From NCBI GenBank assembly GCA_017394405.1, contig JAFPYW010000007.1:7006-71005 (forward strand): a stretch of 64,000 nt of DNA, given 5' to 3'. Shown piece after piece: positions 30,057-39,994 of the stretch. The position numbers were made by a program, and so were the translations under genes. The number at the start of each line of letters is the position of its first letter. The first letter of the stretch is position 1. Origin of the DNA: Alphaproteobacteria bacterium (lineage in GTDB: Bacteria > Pseudomonadota > Alphaproteobacteria > CAAHEQ01 > UBA3637). The notes under the pieces were generated by a model. It had not been told where the DNA came from. It saw only the letters and a list, made by a program, of their open reading frames with translations, and did not search any database.

Positions 30057-30112
30057 TAAGACCGTTGTCGGGCAGGGGTTGCCCGGCGTAATTTTTAACA
30101 AAAAGGAATAAA

Positions 30113-32053
30113 ATGATAGAAATAAAGTTGCCCGATGGGTCAAAATTGCCCTTTGAAGCACCCGTGAATGGACTTCAAATCGCAGAAAAAATTAGTGTCA
30201 ATTTAGCAAAAGCGGCCTTAGCCACAATCGTGGACGGCACACTCACTGATTTAACGACTCCCATCACAACAAACGCAACAGTTTCTATCGTGACAACTAA
30301 AACCCCTGAGGCTTTAGAAATTTTGCGCCACTCAACAGCTCACACTTTGGCGCAAGCCGTTGAAGCGTTGTATCCGAAAGCAAAAGCAACAATCGGTCCA
30401 GCCATTGAAAATGGTTTTTACTATGACTTCCATGGCATCATTTTGAAAGAAGAAGACCTGCCAAAAATTGAAGCAAAGATGGCTGAAATTGTGGCAGCAG
30501 ATTTGGAAATTGTCCGTTCTATTGTGTCACGGGAAGAGGCTCGCGAAATCTTTACAAAACGTGGCGAAACTTTCAAAGTTGAATTGATTGATGATTTGCC
30601 AGAGGATGTTAAAGAGGTGTCTTTGTACACCCAAGGTGATTATGTTGAATTGTGCCGTGGACCGCACTTGCCACGTACTGGTTTAATCGGAAAAGCATTT
30701 AAGCTGACAAAGGTGGCGGCAGCGTATTGGCGTGGCGATTCATCCCGCGAATCTTTGCAACGTGTTTATGGGACGGCTTTTTGGTCTGAAAAGGAATTAA
30801 AAGCCTACTTTACTTTATTGGAAGAAGCAGAAAAACGCGACCATCGTAAAATCGGCAAGGCGTTGGATTTGTTCTATTTTGATCCAACCGCGCCAGGGTG
30901 CCCCTATTGGTTGCCAAAGGGCCTGAAAATGTACAACATTTTGCTTGACTATTGGCGCAAGGAACATGAAAAGGCTGGTTATCAAGAATTTGCTGGTCCG
31001 CTGATGAACTCCAAAATTTTATGGGAAACGTCCGGTCACTGGTCGCACTATAAGGACGATATGTATCTTTTGACCGCAACAGAAATGGCAGAAAACGAAG
31101 TTTATGCCTTGAAACCCATGAGCTGTCCTTCAACCATGTTGTTATTCAATTTGAAGACACGTTCTTATCAAGACTTGCCAATCCGTTTTTCTGATGTAGA
31201 TATGATTCACAGAAACGAAGCATCTGGCGCTTTGAATGGGATGTTCCGCGTGCGTGAATTCCACCAAGATGATGCGCATATCTTTATCACAGAAGATCAA
31301 ATTGAAGAAGAATATGAACGCTTGTTTGCGTTGGCGGATCAATTCTATAAGTTGTTTGGTTTGAAATATGAAATGAAACTTTCCACACGTCCAGATGATT
31401 TCATTGGTGATATTGAAACATGGGATCGTGCGGAGGCCGCTTTACGTCGTATTTTGGACAAGCATTGTGGGAAAGGCAATTATGCTTTGAAGGAAAAAGA
31501 TGGTGCCTTCTATGGTCCGAAGGTGGATATCGCCATGAAGGATGCTTTGGGGCGCGAGTGGCAAACAGGTACCTTCCAGTTGGATTTCCAATTGGCCGGC
31601 CGTTTTGGATGCAAATACATTGATAAAGATGGCAGCCAAAAGACACCGGTTGTGATTCACCGCGTGCTGTATGGATCTTTGGAACGCTTTATGGGCGTTT
31701 TAACGGAACATTTTGCGGGTGCATTCCCTGTGTGGATTTGTCCGGTTCAGGTGCGTTTGTTGCCTGTGTCCGATAAACATCGCGAAGCCGCGCAGAAGAT
31801 TTTGGAAAAATTGGAAGCGGCTGGTATCCGCGCCGAAATGGAACGCCAATCCAATACGATTGGATATCAAATCCGCGAAGCACACAATGCCAAGATTCCG
31901 TATGCCGTGATCATTGGTGACAAGGAAATTGAATCCAATACGATTTCCGTGCGTGATCGCACCGGCAATCAAAAGAATGCTATTTCGCTGGACGACTTTA
32001 TTGCCACGGTGAAAAAAGTGAACGATACACAATCCTTGAATTTGTGGGATTAG
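30113..32053 (+). CDS. thrS: Threonyl-tRNA synthetase
   Basis: 646 aa with a TGS domain, an editing domain, class II core motifs and an anticodon-binding domain. Confidence 0.9.
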   Translation: MIEIKLPDGSKLPFEAPVNGLQIAEKISVNLAKAALATIVDGTLTDLTTPITTNATVSIVTTKTPEALEILRHSTAHTLAQAVEALYPKAKATIGPAIENGFYYDFHGIILKEEDLPKIEAKMAEIVAADLEIVRSIVSREEAREIFTKRGETFKVELIDDLPEDVKEVSLYTQGDYVELCRGPHLPRTGLIGKAFKLTKVAAAYWRGDSSRESLQRVYGTAFWSEKELKAYFTLLEEAEKRDHRKIGKALDLFYFDPTAPGCPYWLPKGLKMYNILLDYWRKEHEKAGYQEFAGPLMNSKILWETSGHWSHYKDDMYLLTATEMAENEVYALKPMSCPSTMLLFNLKTRSYQDLPIRFSDVDMIHRNEASGALNGMFRVREFHQDDAHIFITEDQIEEEYERLFALADQFYKLFGLKYEMKLSTRPDDFIGDIETWDRAEAALRRILDKHCGKGNYALKEKDGAFYGPKVDIAMKDALGREWQTGTFQLDFQLAGRFGCKYIDKDGSQKTPVVIHRVLYGSLERFMGVLTEHFAGAFPVWICPVQVRLLPVSDKHREAAQKILEKLEAAGIRAEMERQSNTIGYQIREAHNAKIPYAVIIGDKEIESNTISVRDRTGNQKNAISLDDFIATVKKVNDTQSLNLWD

Positions 32054-32070
32054 ATTGGTGTGATTTTAAG

Positions 32071-32100
32071 AAAGCGCTCCATTTGGGGCGCTTTCATTTT
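32071..32100 (+). terminator. Rho-independent terminator after thrS
   Basis: Stem AGCGCTCC/GGGGCGCT followed by TTTCATTTT. Confidence 0.4.
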
Positions 32101-32104
32101 GTCC

Positions 32105-32133
32105 TTGACATTTGAAGCGTTTTTTGCTATCCT
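32105..32133 (+). promoter_or_regulatory. Sigma70-like promoter for tRNA-Ser (TTGACA-17-TATCCT)
   Basis: A perfect -35 TTGACA at 32105-32110, a 17-nt spacer, and a -10 TATCCT, about 13 bp upstream of the tRNA 5' end. Confidence 0.4.
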
Positions 32134-32146
32134 AAACCCATCACCT

Positions 32147-32238
32147 GCGGAGCGTTGGCAGAGTGGTAATGCAGCGGATTGCTAATCCGTCATCCTCGTC
32201 AAAAGGGATGCACAGGTTCAAATCCTGTACGCTCCGCC
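32147..32238 (+). tRNA. tRNA-Ser (anticodon GCU)
   Basis: A 7-bp acceptor stem pairs GCGGAGC with GCTCCGC. The anticodon stem-loop carries a TTGCTAA loop with U33, anticodon GCT and A37. A long variable arm is typical of Ser and Leu tRNAs. CCA is not clearly encoded. Confidence 0.8.
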
Positions 32239-32331
32239 AAATTTTATTTTCAAAAATTACAAAAACCCCTTGCAAAAAACATAAAAAGGTATATGATGAT
32301 TACATAGTAAACTATGTAAGGGGGGCAAGCA

Positions 32332-35300
32332 ATGTCATTTGGCATCAAAGCGTCGTTAAAAATTACAACGGCCCTTTTTGCCCTTTTTTCGCTGTGTCCC
32401 GCTCAAGCTGTCGAGGTAACAACGTGGGCAGAATTGAGTTCTGTTGGCGACAATGATGCCACATTTGCCAATGACATTGAGGCCACAGGAACACCACAGA
32501 CTATTGAGCTAAATGCAACATCTCCACAAGTTGTTGATGGTGGTGGTTTTTCATTAACAGGAGCAAGTGGTTATCAGATTAGAAAAACAGCAGGAACCGA
32601 TTGGACGATTCAAAATTTTGGTTCTGTTGCCGACGGAACATCAGATGATTATACATATTCATATCAAGACGCCAACGGTGTAGTGATTTATAAGAAAATT
32701 ACGAATGCAGTTAGTGCATTTGATGGGAATGTTTTTGCCCCAAATGCTATTCTTTTACAAAAATTTGCGTTGAAAGATAGTGTTTTTAAAAACAATAATA
32801 AACAAGTGCTTAATCTATGGTTAAAAGATGTGTCTGATACGGGTTCTATTATAAATTCCGTCTTTTACGGTAATACGAATGCAACAAATGAAGGAAGCAT
32901 CATAACACTTACGCGGGGCACTTTTTTAATCGATAATATAATTTTCGATTCCAATTCTGCAGATCAGGGTATAGATTTTAGTGGTGGCACAACAACGACT
33001 ATCACCAATTCTGTTTTTTCGAATAACACACAAAATGATGCATCTAATTGGGATGAATATGGAACGTTGCAGCTTTCTGGCGGGGAAGTTTCCCTCCTCG
33101 ATAATTCTCAATTTATTAACAACAAAACAATGCATGCAGATGGGGGCGCTATTAGTGTTACTGGTGGCGGTTTAAAAAAGGTAACCAATACAGTTTTCAA
33201 AGAAAATCAAGCCCCAAAATCTCTTGGTGGTGCTGTATGGCTTTCGTTTCCTAGTAGCGGTGGTGGTAAGTCCTTATTTTCCAATGTAATTTTTGATCAC
33301 AACATCTCGGCTTCAGGAGGAGCTCTTGTGGGGTGGGATGATGGAAAACTTTACATTAAAGATTCTATATTTACAAATAATTCTGTTTCTGGTTATTCTG
33401 TTTGGTGGGGACATGGTTTTACGGAATTAGGTGGAGCGTTGTTATTGGTAGACGCAAGTTCTACAACTTCAAACAGTTCTTTTGAGAATAACGCAGCTTC
33501 ATATGGTGGCGCTGTTTATGCTGCTGGCTCTCCTAATTTTACCGTTGTAGACACTAATTTTGCTGGTAATACCGCAACAGAGGGAGGCGCACTTTTTGTA
33601 GACAATGCCGATGCAGCCATTATTGCAGACACAAAAGATGTGACATTTAGTGAGAACTCAGCAAGTGGTGCTTCCGATACCTATAACGCGGGTGACGATT
33701 TGTATTTCCAAGCAAATAATTATGGAACGCTCTCTTTGAATGCGGCCGAGAACAAGAAGGTCGTCTTTGGTGGTACAATTGCCGCCTATACGGGGTCTGA
33801 AGCGGCTGCGGGCATGGATATTAATAAATCCGGTATTACCTATAATACTTATGATGGCACAACGGAAACAACTGTGAATGCAGGAACAGCGGGCGAAATC
33901 CAATTCAACAATAAAGTGGGTGATGAGGAAGGAAATATCTTCAACATCGATCTTTACGGTGGTACATTATCCATTGGTCAAAATGAAACCGTAAACGCAG
34001 GCGTTACAAACCCAGACGGATTTATCAACAACAATAATTTTTCTGTCAAAGGCGGCAGCACATTGAATACTGCCAATGGTGTGATTGGTGAGTTTGCGCC
34101 GGCAACATTTAGTGTGGAAGCTGCGTTAAATTACAGGCTGGACATTGACTTGGGCGAAGTCAAATCCGACAAATTGGTTGCCGCCGAAATAAATGGCGGT
34201 AGCGTAACGGTGTCTTCGCTGAATATTATAGCCGATTCTGATGCGCCGGATTTGAAAGTTACCTATTCTGATACGAATATTAACGGCACAATAAAAGATG
34301 ATTATAGCATTACGACAAGCACGGCTACCTATAATGTGACGGCAGAAAATGATGACTCAGGATCACATTTAGTTTTAACAAAAAGCGGGGATGTAGGTGG
34401 TGGATTGCCGGCCGCTATTGCAGCTGGGTCAGATGCTTATTCCATTACGGACGATCAAGACGAAGTTGTTGAAGCTTGGACAGCGAACGATTTGAGTGCG
34501 GACCTAACAATCAACGGGAATAACCACGCTATTACGACAGAAAATGGTTTAGATGGTGTCAATGTTGGTTCCAGCTATACATTGACGATGAACAATGTCA
34601 GCGATATGAGTGGGTTTAATTATGCCGTTTCAAATGAAGGAACAGTGGAGTTAAACAATACGACAATTCATGATAATGTAATCAATGACGGCACATTGGA
34701 TGTGAATACAGGCGTTGCATTGCAGGGTGTTTCTGGAACAGGAACTATGAACATCAATGCAGACCACGAACTGCAAGGAACGGTTTCCGGCAATACGATT
34801 AATGTAAACGGAGCAACTTTATCTGGTGTTGATAAATTAGCGTCAGACACGACGTTGAATGCGGTTGGCGGCACAGTTGATTTGAATAACAAACAAGCCA
34901 CAGTTAAAGAAGCCACTTTTGATGCAAATTCAACATTGTTGGTAACGGTCAATAGTGCGTCCGATCACGGTAGCTTAACCGCTCAAACGATGACGGTTGC
35001 CGATGGCGCAAAATTAAAAGCCACATTAGCACAAGGAATTGTGGGCGGTGGTGCGTCCGTCAATGTGCAATTATTGAGCGCACAAAACGCAGACTTTAAC
35101 AATTTTGCCGATAGTTTTGATAATAATATGTATCATTTTGAAAAGGCCGATAAGAATGGAACTTATACAATCACAGGTTCAGCGACGGCTGAGGATGTTA
35201 TCCGTGATGCAGGCGGTTCTAATTGGGTGGCTAATGCGGCAAAAGCGTATGTTGATGGACCGAAGTTTGAAAACAATCCTGTGGCAGAAAAAGTGGCCAA

Positions 35301-36261
35301 TCAGTTGGCAGCACTTGCCCAAAATGACGCTCAAGGATTCATTACAGAAATGAAGGCGTTGGCGCCATCAGAAAATGCGGCCATTCAGGGCCAGGTTGTT
35401 TCAAATGTCAGCCGTTTGTTTAAAACTGTAGATGCGTATTTACATGGTGTTCAACAAGGGGGTGGGTTGTCCGCCGGTGATGCATTTTCAGATGTTTCCA
35501 TTTGGGCAACGCCGTATGCCGGCAAATCAAAAATCAATCGCCGTGGAGATATTTCGTGGCAAAAATCCAAAAGCTTGGGTTTGATCGCCGGTATTGAAAA
35601 GAAATTAGAAAACAATATAAAAATGGGTGCAGGTCTGCATTATGATGAAACGGATATTAAGCAATTCCGCCGGGACATTGATGTAAAAACTATATTGGGC
35701 TTCCTATATGGCGAATACAAAAAAGAACGTTTCTTTGCAAACTCGATTGTTTCGCACGCGTGGTCTGATTATGATGAACACAAGAATGCATTGGGCACAA
35801 ATTACAAAGCCGATTATGATGTTCATACAAGCTCGATCGCGTTAGGAACTGGATACGAATTTAACTATATCACACCAGAGGTGGGTTTGCATTATTATCA
35901 CATTAGTCGCGACGGATATACAGATGCGGCCGAACAACATGTTCGTGGATCCAGCTCGGATTACTTGCGTGCCACAATGGGATTGCGTTTTGCCACAGAA
36001 TATAATGGCTATCATCCGTACTTTTATGCGGGCGTGAATTATGATGTTATTTCACCCAAAAACAATACCGTTGTGAGTTTGGTAAATGGTACCAATTATA
36101 TGGTGGAGGGACAACGGTTACCACGCACAGAATATGCGTTGAACTTTGGCGTTACAAAGGATGTGACGGAAGACCTGACGATTGGCGCTTTCTATATGGG
36201 CGCTTACCGCAAAGATTATCAAGAGCACACGGGCTTTATAAAAGCCAGATATGATTTCTAA
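32332..36261 (+). CDS. Autotransporter (type Va) with Pmp-like (GGA[ILV]/FxxN) passenger repeats
   Basis: 1309 aa. Signal peptide MSFGIKASLKITTALFALFSLCPAQA. GGA(I/V/L) motifs (GGAISV, GGAVWL, GGALVG, GGALLL, GGAVYA, GGALFV) recur alongside FxxN motifs (FSNNT, FINNK, FKEN, FDHN, FTNNS, FENNA, FAGNT, FSENS). A C-terminal beta-barrel domain of about 300 aa ends in YDF. Confidence 0.75.
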   Translation: MSFGIKASLKITTALFALFSLCPAQAVEVTTWAELSSVGDNDATFANDIEATGTPQTIELNATSPQVVDGGGFSLTGASGYQIRKTAGTDWTIQNFGSVADGTSDDYTYSYQDANGVVIYKKITNAVSAFDGNVFAPNAILLQKFALKDSVFKNNNKQVLNLWLKDVSDTGSIINSVFYGNTNATNEGSIITLTRGTFLIDNIIFDSNSADQGIDFSGGTTTTITNSVFSNNTQNDASNWDEYGTLQLSGGEVSLLDNSQFINNKTMHADGGAISVTGGGLKKVTNTVFKENQAPKSLGGAVWLSFPSSGGGKSLFSNVIFDHNISASGGALVGWDDGKLYIKDSIFTNNSVSGYSVWWGHGFTELGGALLLVDASSTTSNSSFENNAASYGGAVYAAGSPNFTVVDTNFAGNTATEGGALFVDNADAAIIADTKDVTFSENSASGASDTYNAGDDLYFQANNYGTLSLNAAENKKVVFGGTIAAYTGSEAAAGMDINKSGITYNTYDGTTETTVNAGTAGEIQFNNKVGDEEGNIFNIDLYGGTLSIGQNETVNAGVTNPDGFINNNNFSVKGGSTLNTANGVIGEFAPATFSVEAALNYRLDIDLGEVKSDKLVAAEINGGSVTVSSLNIIADSDAPDLKVTYSDTNINGTIKDDYSITTSTATYNVTAENDDSGSHLVLTKSGDVGGGLPAAIAAGSDAYSITDDQDEVVEAWTANDLSADLTINGNNHAITTENGLDGVNVGSSYTLTMNNVSDMSGFNYAVSNEGTVELNNTTIHDNVINDGTLDVNTGVALQGVSGTGTMNINADHELQGTVSGNTINVNGATLSGVDKLASDTTLNAVGGTVDLNNKQATVKEATFDANSTLLVTVNSASDHGSLTAQTMTVADGAKLKATLAQGIVGGGASVNVQLLSAQNADFNNFADSFDNNMYHFEKADKNGTYTITGSATAEDVIRDAGGSNWVANAAKAYVDGPKFENNPVAEKVANQLAALAQNDAQGFITEMKALAPSENAAIQGQVVSNVSRLFKTVDAYLHGVQQGGGLSAGDAFSDVSIWATPYAGKSKINRRGDISWQKSKSLGLIAGIEKKLENNIKMGAGLHYDETDIKQFRRDIDVKTILGFLYGEYKKERFFANSIVSHAWSDYDEHKNALGTNYKADYDVHTSSIALGTGYEFNYITPEVGLHYYHISRDGYTDAAEQHVRGSSSDYLRATMGLRFATEYNGYHPYFYAGVNYDVISPKNNTVVSLVNGTNYMVEGQRLPRTEYALNFGVTKDVTEDLTIGAFYMGAYRKDYQEHTGFIKARYDF

Positions 36262-36264
36262 AAC

Positions 36265-36504
36265 TTATCGGATACGGTCGTTCATTAAATCGTGAAAATC
36301 TTTGGCGGCTTGCGCATATTCCGGATCGCCGGGTTTGACATATTTCATTTGCCAATTCCCCTTGCCAAAGGTTTCGTCTAAATCTTTGCGTCGTTGTGCC
36401 TGAAGTTTTTGATATTCGGCTCTATGGCGTTTGCCTTCAGGGGAATTTTGATACCGAATATCGTTCTGAATATCTTGGATACAGGCCTTGCTTTGGCCCA
36501 CCAT
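36265..36504 (-). CDS. Hypothetical 79-aa protein downstream of alaS
   Basis: An ORF 74 bp downstream of alaS on the same strand. Basic and charged, with no recognisable motif. Confidence 0.3.
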   Translation of the reverse strand: MVGQSKACIQDIQNDIRYQNSPEGKRHRAEYQKLQAQRRKDLDETFGKGNWQMKYVKPGDPEYAQAAKDFHDLMNDRIR

Positions 36505-36578
36505 ACTTCCAAAAAGAAACGTTTGACAGGATGATGGCGTAAATCGTTTTCGGCATATACCTTTTTAATCAATGTTTT

Positions 36579-38342
36579 TTACTCCAAAACGGCCTTAATA
36601 CGGCGCACACCGGCAGAGGAAGATTCTTCCTTCAAAATGCGGAAGCGTCCTAAATCACCAGTGTTTTGTGCATGAGGACCACCACAAACTTCCTTGGATA
36701 CGGTGCCAATGGTATAAACCTTCACCTTTTCGGCATCATATTTGTGCGTGAATAAACCCAAAGCGCCTTCGGCTTGTGCTTCAGCCAATGTCTTTTCTTC
36801 ACATACAACGGGAATCTTTTGCTGGATGACTTCGTTCACTTTTTCTTCCAGGTATTTTAGTTCTTCCGGCGTCATTTTGCGATCGAACGAAAAGTCAAAA
36901 CGCATACGTTCTGGCGTAATATTGCTGCCCTTTTGACACACGGTCGGACCAAACATTTGACGCAAAATCGCCTGCATAATATGTGTGGCTGTGTGGTAGT
37001 GAGCAGACTTTTCAGAATGGTCCGCCAAACCGCCCTTAAACTTTTGTTCGGCACCTTTACGAGATAATTCTTGGTGGGCTTCATAACATTTATTAAAGCC
37101 ATTCACATCCACTTTCACGTTGTGTTCTGTGGCAATTTCTTCGGTAAATTCCAACGGAAAGCCATAGGTATCATACAAATGGAAAGCGGTTTCGCCATCA
37201 ATCAAACCATTTTGAACGCGGCTCAAAACTTTATCCATTTCTTTTAAGCCGGCATTGATGGTGCGGTTGAAGAGTTGCTCTTCCTTTTCCAATTCCGTCA
37301 TAATGAAGGCGCGGTTGCGATCCAATTCGGGATAGTAAGATTTATATTTTTCGATAATGGGTTCTGCCAATTTCGGTAAAGCAAAATCATTGACTTCCAA
37401 TTTCTTTAAGTTACGAATAGCAATACGAATCAGACGGCGCAAAACATAGCCCTGGTCAGTATTGCTGGGCGGAATACCTTTGTCATCGCCCAAGATAAAC
37501 ACAGCCGTGCGCACATGATCCAAAACTTTGCGGAAAGGTACCAAATTTTCGGCGTATTTTTTACCGCTGATTTCTTCCAATTTGTTGCGGCATCCGTCAA
37601 ACAATTCGGTCATAAACACATCGCCTTCGCCATTCAAGAAAGCCAACGTTCTTTCCAAACCCATACCGGTATCCACATTCTTTTGGGTCAGCGGTTCCAT
37701 GGATCCGTCTTTTTTCTTTAGGTATTGCATAAACACGTCGTTCCAAATTTCCGTATATTTACCGCAATGACAGGATGGATTGCAATCTGGCCCGCAAGCC
37801 GGTTTGCCGTTGTCAATAAACATCTCGCTGTCCGGGCCGCAGGGACCACCATCGGCCAATCCCCACCAGTTGTCCGGCAAAAAGAAAATTTGGTTGTCAT
37901 TTAATCCCTGAGCACGCCAGGCGGCAGCCGCTTCCTCATCTTTCGGTGCGGTTTCGTTTCCGCTGAAACATGTCACGGCCAATTGTTCTTTTTTGAATCC
38001 CAATTTTTGTGTTAAAAATTCAAAACTCCAATCAATCATTTCTTTTTTGAAATAATCACCCAAAGACCAGTTGCCCATCATTTCAAAGAAGGTCAAGTGA
38101 CAATGATCGCCCACCTCAGCAATATCGTTGGTGCGCACACATTTTTGGATGTTCGTAATGCGTTTGCCGCCCGGGTGTTTTTCGCCCAACAAATAGGGCA
38201 CCAGCGGTTGCATCCCGGCCGTTGTAAATAACACCGTTGCATCGTTTTCCGGCAACACAGAAGCAGAGGGAACTTCCGTATGTTCTTTGCTTTTGAAAAA
38301 ATCCAGCCATATGTTGCGCAGTTCATCATAAGTCATTGTCAT
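36579..38342 (-). CDS. alaS: Alanyl-tRNA synthetase, short form lacking the C-terminal C-Ala domain
   Basis: 587 aa. The class II AlaRS core is present (FFKSKEH, TAGMQP, FFEMMGNWSLGDYFK). The editing domain shows HTATH and CGGPH metal motifs. The protein ends right after the editing domain, at GVRRIKAVLE. Confidence 0.8.
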   Translation of the reverse strand: MTMTYDELRNIWLDFFKSKEHTEVPSASVLPENDATVLFTTAGMQPLVPYLLGEKHPGGKRITNIQKCVRTNDIAEVGDHCHLTFFEMMGNWSLGDYFKKEMIDWSFEFLTQKLGFKKEQLAVTCFSGNETAPKDEEAAAAWRAQGLNDNQIFFLPDNWWGLADGGPCGPDSEMFIDNGKPACGPDCNPSCHCGKYTEIWNDVFMQYLKKKDGSMEPLTQKNVDTGMGLERTLAFLNGEGDVFMTELFDGCRNKLEEISGKKYAENLVPFRKVLDHVRTAVFILGDDKGIPPSNTDQGYVLRRLIRIAIRNLKKLEVNDFALPKLAEPIIEKYKSYYPELDRNRAFIMTELEKEEQLFNRTINAGLKEMDKVLSRVQNGLIDGETAFHLYDTYGFPLEFTEEIATEHNVKVDVNGFNKCYEAHQELSRKGAEQKFKGGLADHSEKSAHYHTATHIMQAILRQMFGPTVCQKGSNITPERMRFDFSFDRKMTPEELKYLEEKVNEVIQQKIPVVCEEKTLAEAQAEGALGLFTHKYDAEKVKVYTIGTVSKEVCGGPHAQNTGDLGRFRILKEESSSAGVRRIKAVLE

Positions 38343-38469
38343 GTCAATTCTCCTTTATAAAAATTGCCGTCATTCTAGCAAAAAAACGCCATAAAGTCAA
38401 GGTATTTGACAAAAACAAAAAAGGGGTATAAAATGCGCCCGTTCGATAAACATAACGAAAGGAAAAAAT

Positions 38470-38748
38470 ATGCGTACTTTATTAGTCGTCACAACAGCGT
38501 TGATGTTGGCCGCTTGTTCCGGCACCGCCAATACATCCAACGCTTCTTTGAACACATGTTTAACACAAAAGGCCTATGCCACATTGCAAGATGGTTCTTT
38601 AATGACAACAGATGTTAAGACATTGGCCAAAAACATTTCCACAGCCTGTTTGAAACAATTGGCTTTGGAAAAATCTGGCATGAGCGAAGAATCTTTGACC
38701 GCCGCCACAAATGTTTTGACTGCTTTGAAAGCCGCCAATTCACAATAA
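38470..38748 (+). CDS. Hypothetical small lipoprotein
   Basis: 92 aa with lipobox LAAC. It has its own terminator downstream. Confidence 0.4.
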   Translation: MRTLLVVTTALMLAACSGTANTSNASLNTCLTQKAYATLQDGSLMTTDVKTLAKNISTACLKQLALEKSGMSEESLTAATNVLTALKAANSQ

Positions 38749-38769
38749 GGTGATCGGATAAAATAAAAA

Positions 38770-38797
38770 CCCCACCCGTTTTGGATGGGGTTTTTTG
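38770..38797. terminator. Bidirectional rho-independent terminator (lipoprotein gene / recA)
   Basis: Stem CCCCACCC/GGATGGGG with one mismatch, flanked by an A-run and a T-run. Confidence 0.5.
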
Positions 38798-38807
38798 TTG
38801 AGGAAAG

Positions 38808-39842
38808 TTATTCTGCTTCGGTTGAAGCGTCGTGGTCGCCCACAATCATATCCTTGGAAATATCTTTGGCATGATCGCGAATGGCTTTTTCTAACGCTTC
38901 GGCTTCCTTGGTGTGTTCTTTTAACCAAGCCTTGGCGGCCTCACGACCTTGACCAATACGTTCATCTTTATAAGAGAACCATGCGCCGGCTTTTTCCACC
39001 AATCCCGCTTTAATACCCAAATCAAGCAATTCACCCATCTTAGAAATACCTTCGCCATACAAAATATCAAAGTCGACTGTTTTGAATGGCGGCGCCACTT
39101 TGTTTTTGACAATTTTCACTCGGGTTTGGTTACCAATCACATCTTCATGATCTTTCACCGAACCGATGCGGCGGATATCCATACGCACGGATGCATAAAA
39201 CTTCAAGGCATTACCGCCGGTTGTCGTTTCTGGGTTACCGAACATCACACCGATCTTCATGCGAATCTGATTGATGAAGATGACCAATGTGTTTGCTCTG
39301 GCCACAGAGGCGGTCAATTTACGTAACGCTTGGCTCATTAAACGAGCTTGCAATCCCATGTGGGAATCGCCCATGTCTCCTTCCAATTCGGCCTTTGGCA
39401 CCAAAGCGGCCACGGAATCCACCACCAACACGGATAATGTGCCAGAGCGCACCAAAGTATCAGCAATTTCCAAAGCCTGTTCGCCAGTATCGGGTTGAGA
39501 AATCAACAAATCATCAATATTCACGCCCAATTTACGAGCATAACTTGGATCCATAGCATGTTCTGCATCAATGTACGCACAAGCGCCTCCCTGTTTTTGG
39601 GCCTCGGCCACCACATGCAATGCCAAAGTTGTTTTACCGGAACTTTCCGGTCCATAAATTTCAACAATACGACCCTTTGGTAATCCGCCGATACCCAAAG
39701 CCAAATCCAAGCCCAAAGAGCCAGTAGAGATAGCCGGAATTTCCACCGCGTTATCTTGTTGTCCCAAGCGCATAATAGATCCTTTTCCAAATGCGCGTTC
39801 AATTTGTGCCACAGCGGCTTCCAATGCTTTATCTTTTTCCAT
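38808..39842 (-). CDS. recA: Recombinase RecA
   Basis: 344 aa with a Walker A motif (GPESSGKTT). RecA is recognisable across its full length. Confidence 0.95.
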   Translation of the reverse strand: MEKDKALEAAVAQIERAFGKGSIMRLGQQDNAVEIPAISTGSLGLDLALGIGGLPKGRIVEIYGPESSGKTTLALHVVAEAQKQGGACAYIDAEHAMDPSYARKLGVNIDDLLISQPDTGEQALEIADTLVRSGTLSVLVVDSVAALVPKAELEGDMGDSHMGLQARLMSQALRKLTASVARANTLVIFINQIRMKIGVMFGNPETTTGGNALKFYASVRMDIRRIGSVKDHEDVIGNQTRVKIVKNKVAPPFKTVDFDILYGEGISKMGELLDLGIKAGLVEKAGAWFSYKDERIGQGREAAKAWLKEHTKEAEALEKAIRDHAKDISKDMIVGDHDASTEAE

Positions 39843-39867
39843 ATTTTTGGCTCCTTGTTAAAGTTTT

Positions 39868-39882
39868 GTTCTCGTTTTGTTC
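39868..39882. promoter_or_regulatory. LexA (SOS) box of alphaproteobacterial type GTTC-N7-GTTC, overlapping the recA promoter
   Basis: GTTCTCGTTTTGTTC lies 26 to 40 bp upstream of the recA start. Read on the minus strand, it sits just downstream of a TTGCAA-17-TATGAT promoter. Confidence 0.5.
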
Positions 39883-39939
39883 TCATATCATAAAACAGAA
39901 AAATTTTATTTGCAACAACTTTTTTTATTTTTTTCAAAA

Positions 39940-39968
39940 TTTGACATAATATGCAGCCTATGCTATAA
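39940..39968 (+). promoter_or_regulatory. Perfect consensus sigma70 promoter TTGACA-17-TATAAT
   Basis: TTGACA at 39940-39945, a 17-nt spacer, and TATAAT at 39963-39968. It drives the hypothetical gene at 39995. Confidence 0.5.
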
Positions 39969-39994
39969 TAAAACATACTTTTTAGGAGATGTTC

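Noticed and set aside
32163-32456. 97-aa plus-strand ORF overlapping tRNA-Ser and the start of the autotransporter gene
   Set aside because: It begins inside the tRNA gene and reads through the autotransporter promoter and start in another frame. This is an artefact of ORF calling across an RNA gene.
32332-36261. Possible CRISPR array or tandem DNA repeats, suspected because of the repetitive Pmp motifs
   Set aside because: The repetition is at the protein-motif level (GGA and FxxN) with divergent DNA. No direct repeat and spacer architecture exists anywhere in the window.
36378-36572. 64-aa minus-strand ORF overlapping the 79-aa ORF downstream of alaS
   Set aside because: It overlaps 36265-36504 in another frame and extends into the alaS terminator region. 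The 79-aa ORF is the more plausible of the two, and even that one is weak.
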